This document shows positions 8,121-18,650 of a stretch of DNA of 64,000 nucleotides, piece by piece. This stretch comes from a virus. Taxonomy: Duplodnaviria > Caudoviricetes. Every line of letters starts with the position of its first letter. Positions within the stretch are counted from its first letter, which is position 1. The translations under genes and the position numbers were made by a program. A model generated the notes under the pieces. It did not search any database and was not told the origin of the DNA. It saw only the letters and a program-made list of their open reading frames with translations. Where the stretch lies: IMG/VR virus record IMGVR_UViG_3300032038_000041, positions 30,412-94,411 of that record, one strand, 5' to 3'.

Positions 8121-10495
8121 ATGATAAAGAATAATATTAATAATCAAGAAATTAGTGATGATGAAATAAGATTTTTACCACCACGTGATGCATGTAGGCT
8201 TCGTCCATCGATGTATATTGGAAATACAGGTGGAGAGTATGGAGCATCAACGATTTTCCGTGAAATTCTAGATAATTCTATGGATGTTATTTCGGAAGGT
8301 TATGGTGATACTATCTTAGCCAGTGTAAATTTTAATGGTTTTTGTTTTGTGGCTGATAATGGAAAGGGTTTACCTATTACTATGTCAGTTGATAGACCAG
8401 ATATTACAGCGGCTGAACTTAGTATTTCAGAGTTTCACAGTGGTAGTAAATTTAAAGGTACGGAGAACTTAGCACGTATTGGTATTAATGGTGTTGGTTC
8501 TAGTGCAACTAATTTTGTTTCAAAAGAGTACTGGATTCTTAGTAGGATTACACAGGACAATTATGATAAGTCTATTCCAGCAGTAAAAGAATGTTGGGAG
8601 AAGGCTGGTCCGAGAAGTAAAAAAGATTTATTTTATGTCTTATCAATGAAAGAAGGACTAAAGGCAGATGAAGGTGCTGGAAAATTAAGAGATATTGAGA
8701 AGAAGATTTTTAAAGGTCTTAAACAGTATGTCTCAATTCCAGGAGGTCAAAGTACTATAGTTCTTTTTAAGCCTGATCCTGCTATTTTTGAAGATCCAAG
8801 AGCAGAAATGCCGGTAACCAACTTACAATACTTTCTTCTTATTCAAGAGAAGTTTTATAAGAGGCAGGTTAATGTTATAGTAGATGGAGTTTCGCTTAGG
8901 AGTACATTTAGTCCTTATAAGTTTGAAATTACAAAGACTATTATTCCAGCTAATACTTCTTATAACAAGCAGGTTGGTGTATATATAACTTTTGAAGCAG
9001 ACGATAAGTTACAGAATGCCGGATCTTTTGGTAGTGTTAACGGTCTTAGTTGTAATGAAGGTGCTCATATAAATTTATTTAAGAATTTATATAAATCGGC
9101 TCTTCGTGATCAGTATAAGATTAAACATGATTGTCTTTTGAATGGTCTTAGGTTTTGTATAATTATTCTGGCTAATGAGTGTCAGTTTAATTCTCAGACA
9201 AAGGAAAATCTAAAACAGATAACAAAAGTCAAACCAACAGATTTTGCACCTGTAGTAAAAGAGATTGAGAAAATCTTTAAGAAGAATCCTGAGTATTGGG
9301 ACCTTCATGTTCAGAAACTAGATCAATTAGCAGAGAGCATGAAGAGTATTGGTGCTGCTGATAAAGCACAAAAGATGATGGATTCTAGTAGTGGTGTTAA
9401 TCAATATAGAAACAAGGCTGATCTTCCAAAAGGATTTGCAGACGCCACAAGTAAAGATCGATGGAATTGTGAGCTCTTCCTATGTGAAGGATTATCAGCT
9501 GCGGGGTCTCTTGTTACAGGGAGAAAAGATACTAAGACTCATGCAGTAAGCGGTTTAAGAGGGAAAATATTAAACGTAACTGATAAGAGTGTTGATAGGG
9601 CTCTTGAATCAAAGGTAATTAATGATATTTTTAATATTATTGGATTAGGTCTTGATGTAAACTGGGTTGGAAAAGATGCAAAGACCTATGAAGAAGCACA
9701 AGCAATAATAGAGAAACGTAGTAGATACGGAAAGATTGTTATTGCGACGGATTAGAATTATCTGAGTCCGTGAGATTTAGAAATAATTCTCAAAGAATCG
9801 TATTACAGCGGGGAACTCCTGTTAGGTAAAAGGTACTAGGAATAGTAACAATCCTTTTAATAGGGACAATCCGCGATATTAAATAAAATACATAATTTAA
9901 TACCTCAACGACTATCCCGAAAGGGAGTAGGGTAAGCAAGTCTATAATGGCTACTCGAAAGATACGACATCTGAACAGGTTATGCTGAAGATGAAAATAT
10001 AGTCTGATCTGCATAGAGATATGTAGGAGTTCATAAGAGAACCAGGAATTAGTGACGCAATTCTTGAACAAAATGGCTGATCCTGATGGTGATGCAATTT
10101 TTAATGAGATTGTATACTTATTCAGTAAATTCGCACGCTTCTTATTAGATCATCATATGGTATATCGTGCTATGTCTCCTTTGTTTAGAGGCATTAGTAA
10201 AACAACGGGTCAACTTACATATTATTACCCAGATGATACGTTTGATTCCTTCGGTATGCCGATTGATCTAGACACTAAACATCATTTTGATCGCTGGAAA
10301 GGATTAGGTAGCCTAACGCCCGAAACAGGCGAGGTATATGATTCCTTTTACAATCCCCTTACTAGGCGGTTAGTTTTAGTTACACCGGATGGGATTGATT
10401 ATTCCAGAGGTCTTAATGAAAATATTGAAAATAGAAAGAAATTACTTTTTGATAAAGGAATTCTTAGCAATCCTTATAACTTTACAGATTTATAA
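8121..10495 (+). CDS. type II DNA topoisomerase, GyrB/ParE-like subunit (exons 8121-9752 and 10076-10495; 683 aa spliced)
   Basis: RLRPSMYIG, EILDNSMD, DNGKGLP, GINGVG, EGLSA, LRGKILNV; splicing restores TOPRIM motif IATD|ADPDG; promoter at 8063-8073 favours ATG 8121 over 8007. Confidence 0.9.
9753..10075 (+). mobile_element. group I intron, 323 nt, no ORF
   Basis: 5' exon CGGAU pairs with IGS GUCCG; R element CTCAACGACTA, S element AATATAGTC; terminal G; in-frame exon join. Confidence 0.9.
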
Positions 10496-10498
10496 AAA

Positions 10499-11842
10499 AT
10501 GGCAAGAAGAAAAAAAGAACAGCAGGTAGTAACGTCATCTACTCCTAGACAGTTAGAGATATTACCGATTGGAAAGGCGACTGAGGATGCTATCTTAAAT
10601 GCAGCATCTTACATAGATAATCAGCGTGTTTTAGCTAATGTAGTTGATGGATGTAAACCTTCTTATAGACGTCTCATTTGGTCTTCACTTCAATTTCCGA
10701 AAGGAGTGATGCAACCAAGTGTAGAGATAATTAACAAGATGGCTTCGTATCATCCTCATTCATTAGATAGTATGAAGTTTCTTCAAGCAGCTATGGTAAG
10801 GACTGGTATATTTCAGGGTAGTGGTTCTTTCGGTACAACTTCAATTCTTGGAGATGTAAAAGAGCCTGCTGCTCCTAGATACACTAAAACGCGCCTTAGT
10901 GATTTATATTATGAATTAATAAGTCCACTATTGCAATGTGTTGATAAAGTAGAAAGTCCAGTTGGTGCAGAGGAAATTAAGTATGTTCCAACAGTATTTC
11001 CAATGTGTTTAACATTTAGGAGTTTGGTATCAGGTATTGGTTATGGAATTAGTACTATTTATCCAAATTTCAGTTCAGAGTCTTTGTTCAAAGCATATAT
11101 AAACAATAATCCTTTATTACTAGAGCCCAATGTAAATCTTTTTATTGATAAGAAGAATTCAGAATTAAAACAGCTATGGGAAACTGGAAAAGGTCGTGTG
11201 ATTTATTCTTATAAGCTCAGTCCTTACACGAACGAGGATGGTAAGCAAGGATTTTTGTTTGAAGGAGATACTAGTATTTTCACGCCAAACTTTAGAAAAA
11301 TAAATAAGTATGTTGAGATGGGTCAGGTATTTATTGATGACTTAACAACAGCATCAGGTCCTGCAGCATTCGTTGGATTAGTAAATAATCGAGGAATCTC
11401 ATTAAAGGAATTAGAAAAACTTTGTAGGCAGTGTTGTTATGATGCAACTGTATATCAGCTTAATGTAACTGATGGTTCTACATGTTTTAGAATTCCTCTT
11501 AAGGATTGGTTAGATTATACTTATAAAAATTATATTCAGTTATTAATTAATGTAAATAAGAAACGACTTGAAAAAGTTCAATTTGATCTCTTAGTTCAAG
11601 AAGCATTACCATATATTGCTGATTATATCTTAATTAAAAATCCAAAAGCTACAGATGATCAGATTATGAAGGCATTAAATTTAAGTCGAGAGGTTGTAGA
11701 AGCTGTAATGTCTAAGCCAATTTCCTACTTAAGAAAAAATAAAGATACCTCTGATCGTGTAAAAGCATTAAAAGATAAGTTAAAAGAATTAAAGAAGTTT
11801 GATCCTGTTAAATATACAGAAGAAATTATTAAAAAATTATAA
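10499..11842 (+). CDS. type II DNA topoisomerase, GyrA/ParC-like subunit (T4 gp52-like length, no CTD)
   Basis: DGCKPSYRR, YHPHS, AAPRYT catalytic Tyr, SGIGYG. Confidence 0.88.
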   Translation: MARRKKEQQVVTSSTPRQLEILPIGKATEDAILNAASYIDNQRVLANVVDGCKPSYRRLIWSSLQFPKGVMQPSVEIINKMASYHPHSLDSMKFLQAAMVRTGIFQGSGSFGTTSILGDVKEPAAPRYTKTRLSDLYYELISPLLQCVDKVESPVGAEEIKYVPTVFPMCLTFRSLVSGIGYGISTIYPNFSSESLFKAYINNNPLLLEPNVNLFIDKKNSELKQLWETGKGRVIYSYKLSPYTNEDGKQGFLFEGDTSIFTPNFRKINKYVEMGQVFIDDLTTASGPAAFVGLVNNRGISLKELEKLCRQCCYDATVYQLNVTDGSTCFRIPLKDWLDYTYKNYIQLLINVNKKRLEKVQFDLLVQEALPYIADYILIKNPKATDDQIMKALNLSREVVEAVMSKPISYLRKNKDTSDRVKALKDKLKELKKFDPVKYTEEIIKKL

Positions 11843-11845
11843 ACA

Positions 11846-12091
11846 ATGAAGCAGAAATATATCGTAGTAGATGATGAGAGTAATGAATCATTTCCTATCG
11901 ATTGGACAAAATTACCAGAGGATATTATAGATGATATTCCTGGTAAATGTCTTTATAATGTATTGTCGTGTAAGTCAGATGGAAGTATTATAGAGAGAAC
12001 TGTTATATTCTTACGTCCTGTAGGAAAGTTTTCAAGAGGTACAAAAAAATATGACTTAGGAGATATTGTTATAGGTTATGATATACTATGA
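11846..12091 (+). CDS. hypothetical protein
   Basis: Tightly packed operonic ORF. Confidence 0.65.
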   Translation: MKQKYIVVDDESNESFPIDWTKLPEDIIDDIPGKCLYNVLSCKSDGSIIERTVIFLRPVGKFSRGTKKYDLGDIVIGYDIL

Positions 12092-12623
12092 ATCTGATTT
12101 AGCTCCAGTAATAGAGAGCATTTATCTAGAAGAGCCTTTAGATTCAAGGTTAGGGTCATGTAATATCTTAGTTAATCCAAGAAATATTAATTATATATTT
12201 GGAAAGACTATAATAATTAATGACCCTGACTATGAATTAGTATGGGCATTAAAATTAATAGAGCAAGGATGTAAAGTTATCTCTCGTATACAGGTTGGTG
12301 TTGAGGGTATTGATTTCCAGCCGTATATTATGAGGGTTAATTTTAATATCATGTGGAATGGTGAGATTATTGATTTGGAGAATGAGAAAGTTCACATGAA
12401 AGAAGTTCTTAGTTTACTTTCCTCCGACAATGATCAAAAATTCAAATATGACATAGAGAAAAGATGTTTATATTTTCCAAAGATCTCATTAAAAACTGGT
12501 TGTAAAGATCATTTTGGTAACTTAACTGCTTTAGGTTGGGCATTACATCAAGTTGGAGAGAATCAAGGAAATTTTGAAAAGTTTGAAAATCTTGACTTAA
12601 TTAAGACAAAAAAATGTTTTTAA
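12078..12623 (+). CDS. hypothetical protein
   Basis: Overlapping operonic ORF. Confidence 0.7.
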   Translation: MIYYESDLAPVIESIYLEEPLDSRLGSCNILVNPRNINYIFGKTIIINDPDYELVWALKLIEQGCKVISRIQVGVEGIDFQPYIMRVNFNIMWNGEIIDLENEKVHMKEVLSLLSSDNDQKFKYDIEKRCLYFPKISLKTGCKDHFGNLTALGWALHQVGENQGNFEKFENLDLIKTKKCF

Positions 12624-12629
12624 TTGTAT

Positions 12630-12666
12630 AAAATGCGTATTTGAAGCCTTGAGATTCTTATACATG
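12630..12666 (+). promoter_or_regulatory. phage bipartite promoter AAAATGCG-N18-TCTTATACATG
   Basis: Same two boxes with identical spacing recur at many operon starts. Confidence 0.7.
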
Positions 12667-12746
12667 TGAGGGAATAAATTTCCCTATCACAAATTGAAAA
12701 TAAATTTGAAATTAAAGAATAATAGTTATTTAAAGAAATTAATTTT

Positions 12747-14027
12747 ATGAGTTACGCAAATGTAAATGATTTTGTAGCACGCCTTGAACAGAATATTCCA
12801 GGTTCAAACAAGAATTTTGAAAAGCAAAGAAGATTAGAAAAAATTTATTTAAATGTACCGGCTAATTTTGGTCGTTATCAAGTATTGCCATTGCCTTCAC
12901 TCATTACAGGCTTTCCTTATGTAGAGCTCCCGAATACTCGAGAGATTAATCTACCACGAAAGAATGTGAAGCCTGATGGTACTGAAACAATATATAGTGC
13001 TTGGATTAAGATTCTTCCTATGAGTGCTTATACTGTACGTGATGAGAGTGGTCGTGAAGTTAGTAGTCTTACTGCTAATGATGAGAAGCTTCTTCAGCAG
13101 GCATATAGTATTCATGAAGAACTTTGGAAGGAACTTGATGCTAAGAATAATGCAATGGACCCTACGATTGGAAAGTTGATTCGTAAGAAGAATTATACAC
13201 TGTTCCATGCACATTGTGTTAATCGTTGGGCACTTGATAATATGAGAAGTCCTGAACGTCAGAATTTTGATGCATTGTTTGTCATTACTTCTAAGAAGTT
13301 TCAGGAGGCTCTTAAGAACGATATTAGTCAATTTGGAATGTTGAATGGACTAGGAGATGATTGGTTGAATCAAGTATATAATCGTGATCTTACAGGTCGT
13401 CAGGGATTCTTGATGTTTACTGTACAGCGCGATCCTACTCGTCCTGGTTTCTCATTCACTGCAAATCATGCTGTTGGTAAGGGAGATTATTTGAAGACTG
13501 TAGAGATTAAGCAAGAGGATATGGACCTTATGAGTGATCCTATTGAAACCTTCCTTGGTTGGCAGTGTGGTAAGAATGCAGAAGATGTTCCTGTTGGTCA
13601 GAAGAGACTGTTTAATGAAAATCTCATTACTCAGGCAATTAACTTCATGACTCAGCAACTTGCAAAGATTCGAATGGCTAAGCAGAGTGGTGGAGACATT
13701 GCTGCTGCTATTGCTGCGACAAATGAAGAGGCATTGAAAGCTCAGGCACCTACCAATACTATGGGTCAAACAACTAATGATCCTATGCTAGCTGAAATGG
13801 CTAATAAAGCAGCAGAAGCTAGTATGAATCAGAATGTAGCAGTTAATCCACAGACGATTGCTGAAAGGAATACTGATCCTTTTGCAACTCCGCCAGCTGC
13901 ACATATTGACCCTATTACTGGATCTCCTGTAGGTAGTGGTTTTGGTAGTCAGCAGAGTGCACCATTCTCAACCCCAAGTTTTGCTAATCCTGGGTTTGGT
14001 AGTGGAAACAACGATCTTCCGTTTTAA
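12747..14027 (+). CDS. putative single-stranded DNA-binding protein
   Basis: Low-complexity tail ending NDLPF (SSB-type C-terminus); lies in a recombination/replication operon. Confidence 0.55.
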   Translation: MSYANVNDFVARLEQNIPGSNKNFEKQRRLEKIYLNVPANFGRYQVLPLPSLITGFPYVELPNTREINLPRKNVKPDGTETIYSAWIKILPMSAYTVRDESGREVSSLTANDEKLLQQAYSIHEELWKELDAKNNAMDPTIGKLIRKKNYTLFHAHCVNRWALDNMRSPERQNFDALFVITSKKFQEALKNDISQFGMLNGLGDDWLNQVYNRDLTGRQGFLMFTVQRDPTRPGFSFTANHAVGKGDYLKTVEIKQEDMDLMSDPIETFLGWQCGKNAEDVPVGQKRLFNENLITQAINFMTQQLAKIRMAKQSGGDIAAAIAATNEEALKAQAPTNTMGQTTNDPMLAEMANKAAEASMNQNVAVNPQTIAERNTDPFATPPAAHIDPITGSPVGSGFGSQQSAPFSTPSFANPGFGSGNNDLPF

Positions 14028-14104
14028 GGGATAACTATAAAAAGGTAGGGGAGTAATATCTTCTACCTTAAATTTTACTTTTAAATATATTAATAAATTA
14101 AAAC

Positions 14105-15130
14105 ATGTTAGCAAATAAATATGGTATGGCATTTGTAGATCATTCTTTTCTATTGACAAGAAATCTATGGATGGCAACTAAAGATAAAGAGATAAGTGAA
14201 ATGAATCCTGGAGATGTAGTGCGAATTACACTGCAGACTCTTAGAAAACTAGGTCGTGACTGGGGAATTACTTGTGATAAGATAATTCTAATTGCTGATC
14301 AATGGAGTAGGGAGTATGGTGGTTATTACACAAATTACTTAACCAGTGCTTTTGGTGGTGCCTATAAAGGAAGTAGAAAATGGATTACTGAGCAAGTTCT
14401 AGAGGATATGAAGTCAGATCCTAATGTAACTGAAGAGGAAGTAAAAGCAGCTGAAAGAGAGTTGGCAATAAATAAAGTCAAATTCGAAGCTAAAAGAATC
14501 ATGAAGGAGGAATTTTCAAAAATTGGAGTTTACTACTATGGTTTTGATGGTTATGAATTTGATCAAATTGCAACGCTAGCTGCATTTCAGAGATATAGTG
14601 TAGTTAATAAGCCTGATATTATAGTTACAAAGGATACAGACCTTACATTCTCAGTGACACCTGCATGTCCATTTTTCTCATTACCTACTAAAGGTCAAGA
14701 ACCAAAAGTAATTACATATGATGAAATGTATGCAACAATTCCAGATTCTTTAAAGGCTAAAGGTTTATCATTATATCAATATAATGCATACCTTAATTCT
14801 CTTGGTAAATCCCATAACGATATGTCAAGAAGTCTTAAGCCTGGTATTGATACTACAACAGCAATACTTCATATAATGGATGGAGATTACTCTGATTTGG
14901 ATAATGTGGATCTATTCTTAGCCCAGATGAAGAGTTATGATTTATCTTGTTACCCTCATCTAAGAGAAGTTCAACAAGCAATAGCTATGGATTTTGGAAC
15001 TAAGGGAAAATTGGCAAATCTTGATGAGTTTCATGATTTTTGTATGAAGAATAAAGTTAGCGGAATTAGTGATAGATATTTTTCTGATTTTACTAATTCT
15101 TTTGATCCACGTTTATTTAGTAAAGGATGA
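14105..15130 (+). CDS. 5'-3' exonuclease / flap endonuclease (T4 RNase H-like)
   Basis: FVDHS, YKGSRK, YEFDQI, TKDTDL acidic motifs. Confidence 0.7.
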   Translation: MLANKYGMAFVDHSFLLTRNLWMATKDKEISEMNPGDVVRITLQTLRKLGRDWGITCDKIILIADQWSREYGGYYTNYLTSAFGGAYKGSRKWITEQVLEDMKSDPNVTEEEVKAAERELAINKVKFEAKRIMKEEFSKIGVYYYGFDGYEFDQIATLAAFQRYSVVNKPDIIVTKDTDLTFSVTPACPFFSLPTKGQEPKVITYDEMYATIPDSLKAKGLSLYQYNAYLNSLGKSHNDMSRSLKPGIDTTTAILHIMDGDYSDLDNVDLFLAQMKSYDLSCYPHLREVQQAIAMDFGTKGKLANLDEFHDFCMKNKVSGISDRYFSDFTNSFDPRLFSKG

Positions 15131-15357
15131 TTGAGATTATTACAATAAAAGGGGAAAAGTGGTCTTTTGATGAGGATACAAAGAGGTTATATAGAGAAAA
15201 TACTCTAGTACCTGAAGGAGAAGCAGAACCAGTATATTCATACTTGGATAAAAGTCTTCCACCTGAATTTTGTGGTATTTATGTAAAGAGTATTAATTCT
15301 ATAATTTCTATGTCTGGAAATATCAATAAGATTACTAATGCAGATTCTATTGATTAA
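15127..15357 (+). CDS. hypothetical protein
   Basis: ATGA-coupled ORF. Confidence 0.65.
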   Translation: MIEIITIKGEKWSFDEDTKRLYRENTLVPEGEAEPVYSYLDKSLPPEFCGIYVKSINSIISMSGNINKITNADSID

Positions 15358-15363
15358 AAGAAT

Positions 15364-15882
15364 ATGGCAGGAAGTATTTTAAAAGGTATCTTCAATAAGC
15401 AATATACTATTGGAGAACTTATGAATATTGATTCGGCTAGACAAGGTAGGGCATCTGTATGTCAGGTTAAACTTATAAAAACATATCATGAAGTTAAAAG
15501 AGAAAATTTATTAGATAAATTTAAGTCTCTTTTTACTGGAAAGTCTTCAGTTATAACTTACTTTATTATTTTTAAGTTTCAAGTTACTTCTGGATCTGGA
15601 CATAGTTATAATGTCTTTATAAGAACAAATCCTGATTTTTCATTAAAAAATTGGGCCTCTAATACAGTGAAAATTTATTGTGAGTGTGCAGATTTTAAAT
15701 ATAGGTCTGCATATACTCTCGATAAAAGAAATTCATTGTTTAAGACCCCAAAAATACAGAGTGCACTAGGTTCAGCACTTTCTGATGCACCAACACGAGG
15801 TACTACATTACTTTGTAAACATTCCTATGCGGCGCTTCAGTGGTTGATGAATAACTGGTCAAGTATAATGAAAACTATTTAA
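15364..15882 (+). CDS. SWIM-type zinc finger protein
   Basis: CECADF...LCKH pattern. Confidence 0.65.
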   Translation: MAGSILKGIFNKQYTIGELMNIDSARQGRASVCQVKLIKTYHEVKRENLLDKFKSLFTGKSSVITYFIIFKFQVTSGSGHSYNVFIRTNPDFSLKNWASNTVKIYCECADFKYRSAYTLDKRNSLFKTPKIQSALGSALSDAPTRGTTLLCKHSYAALQWLMNNWSSIMKTI

Positions 15883-15884
15883 TA

Positions 15885-18647
15885 ATGAGTAAAATTTTAG
15901 CGGTAGCAGATATACATATACATGATTATCCTCAACGAAATCCTAGTGAGAAATTTAGACTATATCAAACGAGGACTGTAGCTCAGAATATTATTGAGGC
16001 TGGACAAAGAGAAGGTTGTAATATTATTGTTATAGCTGGTGATATTATTGAAAAAAGTATTATCAGACCATATGTTCAGGCTGAGGTAAAATTATTCTTA
16101 GACACAATAATGCAATATTTTCAATATGGTTACATTATATGGGGAAACCATGATATTGACACTAAGGGAAGTGATCAAGTTTTTAATGATTGCTGTCTTT
16201 CTGTAATGTTGCCTAGTAATTTATATTATGCTGATAAACAGGAAGTCGTAATTGATGGAACTAGGATTGCATTTTCTAATTGGCGACCAGAATTTGATTT
16301 ATCTTGGATTAATGGGAAAGCAGATGTATTATTTACTCATGCTACAATTTCATATTCACAAGATGATCTTTGTGCAAGTCAAAAGTTAGATGAAAGCAAG
16401 TTTGATCTCGCCATTTGTGGTGATATTCATAAAGCAGCTGCAACCGGAAAATATGTAAGTATAGGTATTCCACAACGTTGTAAGATGGGGGATTCTGAAA
16501 ATCAGACTGGTATAGTTTTTGATTGTCAGACAAAAGCTTACAAGTGGACTAATCTTAATCCTAAGAATAATCTTATGCAGTTTCAATATACTGTAGAAAG
16601 AGAGAAAGAGGGGTGGGATAGTAACACTGGAATATGGAGTGTCTATAAACCGGCAACTCTTGGTCTTGGATTAGATCAAAAAGATGTAAAAGTACCTGCT
16701 TGGGAAGAAATTGATAATTTAATTAATGGAATTATTGTAGCAAATAATCTTCAGAGGGTACATGGTGAGGTATTACAGAATCTTAAAGATGTTGATGCAA
16801 AAGAAGTAGATTTTAACTTTACTCTTACTAGATTCTATTGCAAGAATTGGAGAAGTATTGATGAAGTTGAATTATTCTTTAATGCAGGGGATAGAATTCT
16901 AATAACTGGTCAGAATGGATCAGGTAAAAGTAGTCTTCTTAGTGCAATAAAATATGCATTCTTAGATAATCGAAGTATAAAAGATTTTATTCAGTTCGGA
17001 TCTAAAGAATGTTTGGCAGAGGTAGAATTTATCTACCAAGGAATCGGATATAAGATTCAACGAGGTTCTAAGAAGTATGGATTCTGGATTGCAGGAGAGT
17101 TGCAAAAATATAACAATAAATCAGAATTTGAAAAAGATATGCATATCAGATTCCCGTTTATTGATTATATGGATGTATATTTCTTTGATTCTGATCATCA
17201 TAAACTCATTGGAGGTATTAGTCCTGAAAGAAAATCTGAAATTATCAGTAAGTTTTTTAAGATGGATAAAATTGATGCATTCAATGAACAAGCAGAAGTA
17301 TTACTTGAGCAAAGACGAGTTAAAGGACTTAAGTGGACAGAGGAACGAGATAGGGAATCTAAGTTAATTACATATATTGATTCAAAATTAGCTTTAATTC
17401 AAATTCCTCAAACTCCTCAAAATGTTCTCTTAGATCAAAAACGTCAAGGTTTAGAGATGCAACAAAAGTGGATTGCTTATAATAATTTTATGACCAAAAC
17501 TGCTAACCTTCAAGCTAGTAAAAAGACTCAAGAAGATAGGATAGTAGAATTAGAAACAAAAATAAAAGAATTTAGAGATCCTAAGCTGATTCAATCAGAG
17601 AAGCAGGAACGAGAGTCTTATATATCTCAAATATCACAAAAGTTTCAGGAACTTAGTGACATTAAAATGGAAGGAAAGCGATTATTCTATGACAGAGAAG
17701 ACTTAAATAAAAAGAAAATTTGTCCTAGCTGTGGACAGCCGATTAAGAACTCAGAGTCATTAGAACAACATAAAGCTGAATTAGATAAAAGAATTTCAGA
17801 ACTCCTTATTCAACAGGATAATATATATAAGTATTTTTCTAAACTTGGATTAGGAAGAGAGATTATTGATTCTAAGGGTGGCTTTGCTGGAATCGTCAGT
17901 GGATATAATCAAGAAATTGCTTCTAGAATAGCAGAATTGGATGGACAAAGAAGGACCTATCAAGAATTAGAACAGGCAAAGAAAAATTTATCATTCGTTA
18001 AGTCTCAAATTGATTCTATAGGTGAAGAACCTGAGAAAATAGAACTACCTGATAATTTTATGGAAGTTATGGGTAAAATTGAGGCAGATCTCAGTATATG
18101 GAATGAATATAATTCCCTATGTAAGGATAAATTAGATGCTGAGAGTAAAATGAAAAATTGTGAGAAAGAGTTGATATCACTTCAGAATGAAATAACTGAT
18201 ATTAGTGATTATATTAAGCTTACTGGAACAACAGGAAAGATTTATGAGGAAATTATGAATCGTCTTGCTAATCAGTTTACAGATAATCAAGTTAAATATG
18301 AAGTTATGGTATATAAGTTTAGAAATAAAGATCATCTTGACTTAGCATCATACTTTATAAATAATGGTAATCAGGTTGGATATCAAGCTTGCAGTTCTGG
18401 TCAACAAACAGTATTAGACATCAATTTCTTATCAAAGATTGTTACTGGTATGGGACTTCTAGTAATGGATGAATTCCTGAAACATCTAGATCCTCTTAAT
18501 CATGATATGTGCATTGATGCAGTTAGTCAGATGAATATTGGATGTGTAATGTTAAGTAGTCATATGGAGTCTATTGCAGCATTTAACAATAAATCAATAA
18601 AGATGGAACTAAATGAGTCTGGAATAACTAAATTAACTTGTGAATAA
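15885..18647 (+). CDS. fused Mre11/SbcD nuclease and Rad50/SbcC ABC ATPase
   Basis: N-terminal DIH, AGD, GNHD, GDIH; then GQNGSGKSS, coiled coil with CPSC hook, CSSGQQ signature, VMDE Walker B, SSH. Confidence 0.88.
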   Translation: MSKILAVADIHIHDYPQRNPSEKFRLYQTRTVAQNIIEAGQREGCNIIVIAGDIIEKSIIRPYVQAEVKLFLDTIMQYFQYGYIIWGNHDIDTKGSDQVFNDCCLSVMLPSNLYYADKQEVVIDGTRIAFSNWRPEFDLSWINGKADVLFTHATISYSQDDLCASQKLDESKFDLAICGDIHKAAATGKYVSIGIPQRCKMGDSENQTGIVFDCQTKAYKWTNLNPKNNLMQFQYTVEREKEGWDSNTGIWSVYKPATLGLGLDQKDVKVPAWEEIDNLINGIIVANNLQRVHGEVLQNLKDVDAKEVDFNFTLTRFYCKNWRSIDEVELFFNAGDRILITGQNGSGKSSLLSAIKYAFLDNRSIKDFIQFGSKECLAEVEFIYQGIGYKIQRGSKKYGFWIAGELQKYNNKSEFEKDMHIRFPFIDYMDVYFFDSDHHKLIGGISPERKSEIISKFFKMDKIDAFNEQAEVLLEQRRVKGLKWTEERDRESKLITYIDSKLALIQIPQTPQNVLLDQKRQGLEMQQKWIAYNNFMTKTANLQASKKTQEDRIVELETKIKEFRDPKLIQSEKQERESYISQISQKFQELSDIKMEGKRLFYDREDLNKKKICPSCGQPIKNSESLEQHKAELDKRISELLIQQDNIYKYFSKLGLGREIIDSKGGFAGIVSGYNQEIASRIAELDGQRRTYQELEQAKKNLSFVKSQIDSIGEEPEKIELPDNFMEVMGKIEADLSIWNEYNSLCKDKLDAESKMKNCEKELISLQNEITDISDYIKLTGTTGKIYEEIMNRLANQFTDNQVKYEVMVYKFRNKDHLDLASYFINNGNQVGYQACSSGQQTVLDINFLSKIVTGMGLLVMDEFLKHLDPLNHDMCIDAVSQMNIGCVMLSSHMESIAAFNNKSIKMELNESGITKLTCE

Positions 18648-18650
18648 ATT

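Noticed and set aside
9753-9755. TAG interrupting topoisomerase B as a sign of stop-codon reassignment
   Set aside because: It is the first triplet of a group I intron; long genes are intact in the standard code and TAG terminates dnaJ normally.
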